IMG/VR virus record: IMGVR_UViG_3300037337_000170
Coordinates: 1 to 64,000 of that record
Source of the DNA: a virus
Strand: one strand, 5' to 3'
Length of the DNA stretch: 64,000 nucleotides
Position numbers and translations under genes: made by a program. Positions within the stretch are counted from its first letter, which is position 1; each line of letters starts with the position of its first letter. The notes beneath the pieces are model-generated. The model had not been told where the DNA came from, ran no database searches, and saw only the letters and a program-made list of their open reading frames with translations. Of the stretch, positions 26,668 to 34,079 are shown in pieces.

Positions 26668-26949
26668 ATGACTAATGCCTTATCAGAATATATCGGTGTC
26701 GAGGAAAAACTTGACCCAACCAGTTATCATGCCTTTCCAGAATATGATCAGCCTAAATATGATGCGCCGTATATTTTAGAAATCCAAATGGATACTGAGG
26801 CCGATCTCAAAAAGTTTGTTGAACTGGTTGCTGTTGGCTCTGAGTCAATTCTTGATGATGGAGCTAGATCAGTAAAATGTATCTGGTACCCTAAGTTGTT
26901 TACAGGTGAACGCGGCTCTAATGCTCAGTATATTTGGGTGTTAGTCTAG
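26668..26949 (+). CDS. small partner protein of GREB1-like glycosyltransferase
   Basis: PEY.Q...PY...TE.D..KF..L...K.IWYP pattern I recall from genes beside such GTs. Confidence 0.6.
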   Translation: MTNALSEYIGVEEKLDPTSYHAFPEYDQPKYDAPYILEIQMDTEADLKKFVELVAVGSESILDDGARSVKCIWYPKLFTGERGSNAQYIWVLV

Positions 26950-27032
26950 GCTATCTTGCTCACATAAAAATCTAATTCTAATGTGGATTTACCTACCCAA
27001 TTTTCACCTAGAATAACCAATAAGGAAATAAT

Positions 27033-27260
27033 ATGCTATTTGATGAACCAGAAGATAATACTAAACCTTCACCCCATATCGACCGAATGCGTCGTGGCGA
27101 GGGTCGATTTGTTATGGTCCGCTTTCGAAACAAGGCAGACCTGGACAAATTTGCTGATATCCTAGAAATTCCACATATTAAAGCCTTCAAAAAAGGCTCA
27201 CATAAGATTAAATGGTCTGCTGATACTCAGAAAAATAATCCACTAGGCGACTTCATGTAA
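27033..27260 (+). CDS. small protein related to 26668-26949
   Basis: VMVRFRNKADLDKFADIL resembles LEIQMDTEADLKKFVELV. Confidence 0.55.
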   Translation: MLFDEPEDNTKPSPHIDRMRRGEGRFVMVRFRNKADLDKFADILEIPHIKAFKKGSHKIKWSADTQKNNPLGDFM

Positions 27261-27261
27261 G

Positions 27262-27290
27262 TTTACTTTTATTCATGAATATGTTACAAT
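27262..27290 (+). promoter_or_regulatory. early promoter cassette
   Basis: TTTACT-N17-TACAAT. Confidence 0.75.
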
Positions 27291-27314
27291 GACCCTTTAT
27301 AAAATAGAAATAAC

Positions 27315-28157
27315 ATGAAAAAAAACAACGCAAATATCGGAATCGTGGGCTATGGCTTTGTAGGAAAGGCAATTGCACACGGCTTTATTGGCTGTGATCC
27401 GGTGATTGCCGATCCAGCTTTAGGTACCTCATGTAAAGATTTAGTCGTGGCAAACATTAAGTTTGATGCGATCTTTATCGCAGTTCCTACTCCCATGGGT
27501 GAGGATGGTAAAATTGATTCTAGCATTGTCGAAAAGGTGCTAGAAGAACTTAAGGATCTAGATACCTTATTGGTTCTAAAGTCAACAGTCACACCAGACA
27601 TCATCAAGGTATTGGCAGAAAAATACAGCAATTTTGTGTACAACCCAGAGTTTCTAACTGAAGCCAATGCACTAAAAGATTTTGTAGATCCTATCATGCA
27701 TGTAATGGGTGGTAGTTGGGAAAATTGTAAAGATCTAATGGATATCTACGATGACTATTCGGAGTGTAAAAAAGGCTGTCGAATTCTCTATATGACTGCT
27801 GTTGAGGCTTCGTTTGTAAAATATACAATGAATTCATTCCTAGCAGCCAAGGTCCTGTTCTTTAATCAGATCAACGAATTGTGTTCAAAACATTCTGCTG
27901 ATTATAATAGAGTAATTGAAGCAGTAGGAAATGATCCGCGTATTGGTAAGAGTCATACAATGGTTCCCGGGCCCGATGGGCGGCGCGGCGCCGCCGGCCC
28001 CTGTTTTTCTAAGGACAGTTCGGCATTCATTCACTTTTCAAAAAATAAGTTGAGTATCCTAAGAGAAGCTTGGAACTATAATGTAGATATTCGTAACAAT
28101 TATGGCGAGCCGCTGCCCCGTGAAGTAGAACAACATGTCTCATTCAATAAAATTTAA
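27315..28157 (+). CDS. ugd: UDP-glucose/GDP-mannose 6-dehydrogenase family (short form)
   Basis: GYGFVG, AVPTP, KSTV, NPEFL, KY..N.FLA.K, DPRIG, GPCF.KD. Confidence 0.88.
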   Translation: MKKNNANIGIVGYGFVGKAIAHGFIGCDPVIADPALGTSCKDLVVANIKFDAIFIAVPTPMGEDGKIDSSIVEKVLEELKDLDTLLVLKSTVTPDIIKVLAEKYSNFVYNPEFLTEANALKDFVDPIMHVMGGSWENCKDLMDIYDDYSECKKGCRILYMTAVEASFVKYTMNSFLAAKVLFFNQINELCSKHSADYNRVIEAVGNDPRIGKSHTMVPGPDGRRGAAGPCFSKDSSAFIHFSKNKLSILREAWNYNVDIRNNYGEPLPREVEQHVSFNKI

Positions 28158-28178
28158 GATGGTGTGGTAAAAAACAAT

Positions 28179-28197
28179 TGCCCTTCGGGGCATTTTT
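28179..28197 (+). terminator. intrinsic terminator
   Basis: TGCCC-TTCG-GGGCA followed by T-run. Confidence 0.8.
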
Positions 28198-28360
28198 AGT
28201 TGGCTTTTGCTATTAATCTATGTACAAAGAGTTACACCGAGTAGGTCAGTGTTTATTTCCCGCCCCCGGTTTCACGATTATAATAGATTATAAAATCAAG
28301 TTGTTCGGTAAGTAAGTTCATATAGCTAAGTCTGTGGCTACGTCTAGGATTACCACAGAC

Positions 28361-28389
28361 TTTACTTTTATTCTGTAGTGTGTTATAAT
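28361..28389 (+). promoter_or_regulatory. early promoter cassette, antisense to the endonuclease gene
   Basis: TTTACT-N17-TATAAT followed by AGGA and ATG but only a 5-codon ORF. Confidence 0.8.
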
Positions 28390-28413
28390 AATTTTTTAGG
28401 AAAAAATATGCAA

Positions 28414-29451
28414 CTAGAGTTTTAAGTTAGAATACTCTTCTTTTGTTAGAGTATAAAAACCTATGTCTCTATATGTTTTATCCTTAAGTTCTTCAAAGGT
28501 ATAATTTGATAGAAGATATTCTGATCTATTATAAGTTATTTTACATATTTTTCGATCACATTTGACACACCAATATCTAAGTTGCTGTATTATCTTGCCT
28601 GGCTCGAAATTATCTGTGGTATCTGTGATACCAAATGGGGTATGAAACCAGTACTTGAAACTCGGGTTTCTATGACCAATACTTGAGCCAGTCAATTTTT
28701 TAGTTGCTGAAACTTTTGCACCAGTGCCAGCTGGTTTAGGAACCCCTTTAAGGGCTTTAGAGATTTTTAATCTAGAAGCAGGAATCTGTGATACATTTTT
28801 GACACCATATTTTAAAATTATATTTTTCTCAAATTTTAGTTGAATGACTGGTGATTTCATGGCATTGTTAACTCCATACCTTTCTAAATTAGTTTCTTCC
28901 GCTTTTGATTTGAATTCAGGTACCTGAAAAGGATTTTCAAACCCATACCTTTCTAAATTAGTTTCTTCTATTTTTTGTTTAAATTCTGGTACTTGACCCG
29001 GATTTGCAAATCCGTATCTTTTTAAATTGGTTTTCTCAATTTTTTGTTTAGTTGATTGTAATTTCATACCATCTGTAACACCATATTTTTCTAACATTAA
29101 ATCTGAAAAATATTTTGTTCCGAATGCCATATGACCAAAATTGTTGTGTCCATTCAACCAGTCATCTGATCCCGCGCAATCATTCTTCTGAAGAAATAAT
29201 GATTCGTAATCTAGAACATTTATACCACATTCCTCTTTAGTAAGTATCTGAACTACTTCGAATGATTCTAATCCACTGTGTTGTATAAGAGCTTTAACCT
29301 TTGTAGAAGATGTTTGATAGCCATCTTCTGTCATAAAAGTATCTGGATAACAACCAACGGCCCATTTAGCTCCAGCATAAAGTTTTTGAGACTGAATGTG
29401 TCTAATAACATAAAAATATGGAGTGCGCTGATAAATAATTTTGCTGGACAT
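28414..29451 (-). mobile_element. free-standing GIY-YIG-like (Seg-type) homing endonuclease gene
   Basis: YFYVI..KLYAG N-terminus, about 5 repeats of ETNLERYG.ENP.Q.PE.K, NUMOD3-like RLKISKALKG; opposite strand and AT-rich. Confidence 0.75.
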
Positions 29452-29508
29452 AGTAGCCTTTCTGGGTTAGTCTAGAGGTGATAGATGTTAGAGCATCGTG
29501 ATCACCAT
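29432..29508 (+). ncRNA. candidate structured antisense RNA, copy B
   Basis: TAAATA then CTGGAC..GTCTAG and GGTGAT-GATG..CATC-ATCACC stems; covaries with 2140-2217. Confidence 0.6.
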
Positions 29509-29509
29509 T

Positions 29510-29538
29510 TTTACTTTTATAACAAGATGTGTTATAAT
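29510..29538 (+). promoter_or_regulatory. early promoter cassette
   Basis: TTTACT-N17-TATAAT. Confidence 0.8.
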
Positions 29539-29569
29539 TTATTTATGTAAATTTTATTTTGAAAAACTT

Positions 29570-30436
29570 ATGGAACACATTAAGAATGTACTTTGTCTCG
29601 GTGGAGCCGGTTTCATTGGCTCTAATCTCTGTGCTCGTCTAATATCTGAAGGCCATAATGTTTTAAGTGTGGATAATTATTCTACAGGAACTAGATTAAA
29701 TCATGTTCCTGGTGTTGGGTATTGCAATATAAACACAAAGGATATTCATGATCTTGAGTTTAAACCAGACTTGATATTTCACCTAGCGGAATATGCCAGA
29801 GTCGAGCAATCATTCAGTGATATGCGAACTGTATGGGATTCTAATTCAACTGGCACATTTGAAGTCTTAGAATATGCCCTTAAACATAATGCCAAACTCG
29901 TGTATGCTGGATCATCAACTAAGTTTGGTGATATTGGGGCCAATTCTTCTCCATACGCATTTACAAAAGCGAAAAATACTGAATTGGTAAAAAATTACGG
30001 TTCTTGGTATGGTCTAAAATATGCTATTACCTACTTCTATAATGTGGTAGGTAAGAATGAGATTGCAGATGGTAAATATGCCACTGTGATTGCAAAGTTT
30101 GCCAAACTATACTCAGAAGGTAAATCTTTACCAGTTACATTACCAGGAACTCAAAAACGAAACTTCACCCATGTGGACGATATTGTCGATGGGTTGATTC
30201 TAGTTGGGGCCCATGGTTACGGAGATGGATATGGTATCGGTGCACCTGAAGCATATTCTATTATTGAAATCGCGGATATGTTTGGTCTCGATATTGATTA
30301 TCAGCCCGAGGTTCGTGGTAATAGAATGGCTGCAGAACTAATGACTACCCTGACCGAGGAGTTAGGTTGGAGTGCTAAACGTAGCATTAAGGATTATATT
30401 GCTCGACTAGTCGCAAAGGATTTTGATAATGTCTGA
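29570..30436 (+). CDS. NAD-dependent nucleotide-sugar epimerase/dehydratase (extended SDR)
   Basis: GGAGFIG, FHLA, YAGSS, PYAFTK (YxxxK), RNFTHVDD; start at MEHIK. Confidence 0.9.
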   Translation: MEHIKNVLCLGGAGFIGSNLCARLISEGHNVLSVDNYSTGTRLNHVPGVGYCNINTKDIHDLEFKPDLIFHLAEYARVEQSFSDMRTVWDSNSTGTFEVLEYALKHNAKLVYAGSSTKFGDIGANSSPYAFTKAKNTELVKNYGSWYGLKYAITYFYNVVGKNEIADGKYATVIAKFAKLYSEGKSLPVTLPGTQKRNFTHVDDIVDGLILVGAHGYGDGYGIGAPEAYSIIEIADMFGLDIDYQPEVRGNRMAAELMTTLTEELGWSAKRSIKDYIARLVAKDFDNV

Positions 30437-30740
30437 TGCTCTTTATTCAGTAGGTTATGGGTATCATACTTCTGTGTGTCGTATCAATAAAGCTCTAAAA
30501 AAGAAAATTTTCAAAGGATATTTTCTTTTAGTCACCGAGTTAGATGCAGATCAGAAAAAGACAATTAATGATCTGAATAATAAATTAAACTGGGAATACG
30601 GTAGATTTACTGATGCTTTACCTGACCCATTTACTGGTCAACTGATCAAACGTATTCGCTGGTTGACCTCGGCTCCGATACCAGCCCACGCTAAGGAAGC
30701 TGTATTCCGTGTCGAGTTGTGGGGACCTGGTAAGGTGTAG
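30423..30740 (+). CDS. hypothetical protein
   Basis: 105-aa ORF ending at the next promoter. Confidence 0.55.
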   Translation: MIMSDALYSVGYGYHTSVCRINKALKKKIFKGYFLLVTELDADQKKTINDLNNKLNWEYGRFTDALPDPFTGQLIKRIRWLTSAPIPAHAKEAVFRVELWGPGKV

Positions 30741-30743
30741 AAT

Positions 30744-30780
30744 TTTACTTTTATTCTGTGGTGTGGTATTATACCACACC
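30744..30780 (+). promoter_or_regulatory. early promoter cassette with palindromic -10 region
   Basis: TTTACT-N17-TATTAT; GGTGTGGTA-TTA-TACCACACC inverted repeat. Confidence 0.75.
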
Positions 30781-30808
30781 TACCAACCAACACCCACTTG
30801 GAAACATC

Positions 30809-31069
30809 ATGAACTTCGACTCTTACACTTACAAGCTCCGCTATCCAATGGGTTCGGCTCATGTGGTTAAGGAAACTAAAATAGCGTACCGAGCTGAGAC
30901 TACTCGCCTTCGCGAAAAATTCAAGAATGACCTCTTCGATGATCTTGGAATTTCCGATCACCCAAAGCGGGAACGTCTTTTCGAACTTGCCCAGGAACGT
31001 GGTGACGATAACGGGCTTGAATATGTGTATAACGCAGCTCTCGACCTTCTTGACCTGATAGATCTTTAA
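30809..31069 (+). CDS. hypothetical early protein
   Basis: Start MNFDSY behind promoter. Confidence 0.6.
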   Translation: MNFDSYTYKLRYPMGSAHVVKETKIAYRAETTRLREKFKNDLFDDLGISDHPKRERLFELAQERGDDNGLEYVYNAALDLLDLIDL

Positions 31070-31070
31070 T

Positions 31071-31099
31071 TTTACTTTTATTCTGTGGTGTGGTATAAT
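31071..31099 (+). promoter_or_regulatory. early promoter cassette
   Basis: TTTACT-N17-TATAAT. Confidence 0.85.
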
Positions 31100-31104
31100 A
31101 ACTT

Positions 31105-31278
31105 ATGAAAACACAAAAACCCATCTACCAGGATTTTAAAGTCTGGATACAAGATACTGACGGCTCTGAGAGACTTGGTGGAACTATTTGGGCGAAAGGT
31201 AAAGGACATGCTATAGCCCAATATTGCCGGCGGGGAGAGAAATTGAAAATTCTCTCGGTTGAAGCAGTATCAGTATAG
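31105..31278 (+). CDS. small hypothetical protein (57 aa), probably leaderless
   Basis: ATG 5 nt after the -10; ORF exactly fills the space between two cassettes. Confidence 0.55.
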   Translation: MKTQKPIYQDFKVWIQDTDGSERLGGTIWAKGKGHAIAQYCRRGEKLKILSVEAVSV

Positions 31279-31279
31279 A

Positions 31280-31308
31280 TTTACTTTTATTTTAGTCTAT
31301 GATATAAT
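31280..31308 (+). promoter_or_regulatory. early promoter cassette
   Basis: TTTACT-N17-TATAAT. Confidence 0.8.
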
Positions 31309-31331
31309 AACCTATCAAATCGAAAAACATC

Positions 31332-32384
31332 ATGCGAAATTTCTTCTCTTACCCATCCACCGGTCAATTTGCTAATGCCATTCGCCACACAAAGGACAAG
31401 TGTCGCTTCGAAGGTCTAACGGACTCTGGTGAGCCTATCTTCAATAACAAGCCTCTTCCAAAGGTTTTGTACCGCGGGACGGTAAAATTGCATGGCACTA
31501 ATTCGGGAATTGTGCTTGATCTGTATACCGGTGATTTCACATTTCAATCTCGTGAACGTGTCCTAACCATCGAGCAGGATAATGCTGGTTTTATGCTTGC
31601 CCAGCTGGCAAATCTAGATGTTCTGAAGACCATCTTTGCTAAGCTGAATAAACATGTAAATCCTGATGCAACTAAGATTGTTCTATTTGGTGAATGGTGT
31701 GGTGGGAATATCCAAAAGGGTGTTGCCATTACCGGTCTCTCAAAAATGATGGTAATGTTTGGCGTCAAGGTAATCATGCCCAAGAAAGATGGTTCGGATG
31801 ACTACTGGCTCGATGATCTGATTCTAGGGGAAGTGGGTAATTATCCAGAGAGCGGTATTTACAGCATCCTACATTTTCCTACATATTTCTTGGAAATCGA
31901 CTTCGAGCGTCCTGACCTAGCTCAGAATGAACTTGTGAATCTGGTCACCGCCGTTGAAAATAGTTGCCCCGTAGGTGTGGCTTTTGGTGTGGATTCTACA
32001 GGTGAAGGTCTGGTCTGGAAGCCACTGTTGAACGGCGGCGACCCTGGTACCTGGTTCAAAAGCAAGGGATCAAAACATTCTGCTTCCAAGGTCAAGACAA
32101 TATCGGCTGTTGACTCAGAAACTTTCGACACAATCAACGACTATGTTGAAATGTTTGTGACTGAAAACCGTCTTGAGCAAATGTTGGATGTTATGGTTCG
32201 TGAGAAGCTCCTACCTTTCGATATGAAGTCTATGGGGACATGGATCCGAATGGTTTTTCAAGATTGTATCAAGGAATCCCAGGAAGAACTGGTAGCTAAT
32301 CAACTTGACCCTAAGAAATTAGGTGGTCCAATTGCCAACGCTGCCCGCCGTTGGTATATTAATAAAGTCAATTCTACAGTATGA
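31332..32384 (+). CDS. RNA ligase 2 family (Rnl2)
   Basis: KLHGTN motif I, QSR, FGEWCG..IQKGV, GEGLVW, FKSK, VTENRL. Confidence 0.85.
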   Translation: MRNFFSYPSTGQFANAIRHTKDKCRFEGLTDSGEPIFNNKPLPKVLYRGTVKLHGTNSGIVLDLYTGDFTFQSRERVLTIEQDNAGFMLAQLANLDVLKTIFAKLNKHVNPDATKIVLFGEWCGGNIQKGVAITGLSKMMVMFGVKVIMPKKDGSDDYWLDDLILGEVGNYPESGIYSILHFPTYFLEIDFERPDLAQNELVNLVTAVENSCPVGVAFGVDSTGEGLVWKPLLNGGDPGTWFKSKGSKHSASKVKTISAVDSETFDTINDYVEMFVTENRLEQMLDVMVREKLLPFDMKSMGTWIRMVFQDCIKESQEELVANQLDPKKLGGPIANAARRWYINKVNSTV

Positions 32385-32524
32385 TACTTAAGGCGGTTTT
32401 GGTTGTTTACATTGCGATCATAATAGTTTTTAATGCGTCCCTAAGTACACTACTGGCATCAATCCTACCAATCTGGGGTGCATATCTAATAATTGAATAT
32501 TTTATAAAGGAAAATTTTTCATGA
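32381..32524 (+). CDS. small membrane protein (47 aa)
   Basis: ATGA overlaps on both sides; hydrophobic. Confidence 0.5.
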   Translation: MILKAVLVVYIAIIIVFNASLSTLLASILPIWGAYLIIEYFIKENFS

Positions 32525-32661
32525 TTTATTACCGAGAATGGCAAACAGAAAAACCTAGTAAAAGTTTAATCTTCGTTTCATCCGAACGTAAATTTTACTA
32601 CTATTATTCTGGTTGGTTTCTATTTTGTTTTATTCCTCTCTATATTAAACGTGTTGGTTAA
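32521..32661 (+). CDS. small hypothetical protein (46 aa)
   Basis: AAGGA SD; GWFLFCFIPLYI; TAATG coupling. Confidence 0.5.
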   Translation: MIYYREWQTEKPSKSLIFVSSERKFYYYYSGWFLFCFIPLYIKRVG

Positions 32662-32918
32662 TGATTAATTTCTCTGAAATCGAAAAAAATATTCTGTATA
32701 AACGGTATACAGAACCTACATATGTGGATGACGTAATTGCTCAACTGATGAATTATAAAAGGCAGCTAGATTATAATTGCCATCGCTTTATTGACCAATA
32801 CGGCCCAAAAGTCGACTCAGAAACCCCAACCAAATATACCAAATTTCTAAAAAACCAAAATGAAGAATATTCATCAATTACCCGGTTACTCAGAGTCATT
32901 GCAGCGTATGAAAAATGA
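32661..32918 (+). CDS. hypothetical protein
   Basis: 85-aa ORF. Confidence 0.55.
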   Translation: MINFSEIEKNILYKRYTEPTYVDDVIAQLMNYKRQLDYNCHRFIDQYGPKVDSETPTKYTKFLKNQNEEYSSITRLLRVIAAYEK

Positions 32919-33201
32919 AACCTTTGTAGTAATGACCCCTGAGGTTTTTGCTGGTGGCGAGGTTAAAATGACCGATAACATTCTTTTCAAGACGGCTTCA
33001 GATTTTAGTCAATTTGTTGAGACTGAAGCCAATAAACAAGATATGTCTTGCACCGATGTGATTCTTGCATATTGTGACTCTAAAGATATTGATCCTGATG
33101 CTATCGCAAAGCTAGTAAATAGCTCACTAAAGGGCAAACTAGAAAACGAAATGATTCAGAGCGGCTTAATGAGCGCCCACAATACACTAGACAACTTCTA
33201 A
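32908..33201 (+). CDS. gp33: late transcription coactivator gp33
   Basis: FSQFVE...DVILAYC...DIDP..IAKLVN.SLKGKLE.E; synteny with gp59 and gp32. Confidence 0.8.
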   Translation: MKNETFVVMTPEVFAGGEVKMTDNILFKTASDFSQFVETEANKQDMSCTDVILAYCDSKDIDPDAIAKLVNSSLKGKLENEMIQSGLMSAHNTLDNF

Positions 33202-33205
33202 TAGT

Positions 33206-33778
33206 ATGAATGGATTTGCACTGTGGAAGATTCATCGGGCGGTAGGCATGCACTTCACCGATAAGAATTATGACCTATTCAAATATAACGGTCGGTTCAA
33301 TCGGGATAATGAATATGCCTTTGGAAAAGTATCTCGCCGGAATACCTATGAGTTTATGTCTTCAAAGTTTGAGCGTCCTTATGACTCGGTAGAGTACTTT
33401 GTTTCAAACTTAATCTATACCTCTTCGGACGAAGCATTTACTGCTACTGCATGGGATAATAATAAAAGGTGGATCCGGGAAAAAGAATCCTTAACCAAAC
33501 TCATCTCAGATGACCTAGAGAAGTTAGACTTTGAGGTTGACTTGCATGATGAAACTATGCCAAATCTTCTGAAGATGATTGTGTCAAACCAGATTATCCC
33601 ACAGACCGCAGTCGCTTTAAATGAGATAATTCCATTCTTGGATGAATGGAATTCTAAAGTTTATTTTGGGTTCCACCAAAATGTAGTAAAATTGTCCAAG
33701 TTGTCCCGCTTTTGTAAGTACAACAAGTCCCGTATCGAATCCATTATCCTAGAGAAAACAAGTGAAAAATCGTCCTGA
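33206..33778 (+). CDS. gp59: helicase loader gp59
   Basis: HFT..NYDLFKYNG motif; synteny. Confidence 0.85.
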   Translation: MNGFALWKIHRAVGMHFTDKNYDLFKYNGRFNRDNEYAFGKVSRRNTYEFMSSKFERPYDSVEYFVSNLIYTSSDEAFTATAWDNNKRWIREKESLTKLISDDLEKLDFEVDLHDETMPNLLKMIVSNQIIPQTAVALNEIIPFLDEWNSKVYFGFHQNVVKLSKLSRFCKYNKSRIESIILEKTSEKSS

Positions 33779-33935
33779 ATTCAAATCCGCAGAGCATCGC
33801 CGTGAAAAGATTACTGAACATAGTAATCTGGAAAGTCGAAAGTCTATCCGTGACAAACGGTTTTATGTTATTGATGATGACTATGAAATTTATCAGTTGA
33901 TGTCAGATGAAATTAAGGACGATGAAAAAGAATAA
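33762..33935 (+). CDS. small hypothetical protein (57 aa)
   Basis: GTG start; basic N-terminus, acidic C-terminus. Confidence 0.4.
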   Translation: MKNRPEFKSAEHRREKITEHSNLESRKSIRDKRFYVIDDDYEIYQLMSDEIKDDEKE

Positions 33936-33936
33936 A

Positions 33937-33990
33937 GTTTATTTTTATATTTTAAGAGCCATGGTATAATTGACTCAAGGTGTATAAATA
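33937..33990 (+). promoter_or_regulatory. class-2 promoter plus late promoter for gp32
   Basis: GTTTATT-N21-TATAAT (33937-33970) and TATAAATA (33983-33990). Confidence 0.7.
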
Positions 33991-33994
33991 AAAC

Positions 33995-34040
33995 GACTAC
34001 CACAACCATCCTGGTCGGTAGTTTATCCAGGTCCTTGTGG
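33995..34040 (+). promoter_or_regulatory. gp32 leader H-type pseudoknot (putative autoregulatory operator)
   Basis: GACTACC/GGTAGTT stem with loop CCTGG pairing to downstream CCAGG. Confidence 0.6.
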
Positions 34041-34079
34041 CCTACAACAATAGGTACTTAATGTACCGGAAAGAAACTC

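Noticed and set aside
29498-29569. Track N-terminal extensions (29498, 30758, 652, 3984, 8222, 32860, 20042)
   Set aside because: They overlap promoters or upstream genes; downstream ATGs fit better
4688-31308. Repeated ~30-45-bp motif as a CRISPR array or transposon ends
   Set aside because: Copies are irregularly spaced, separated by whole genes and match -35/-10 promoter geometry
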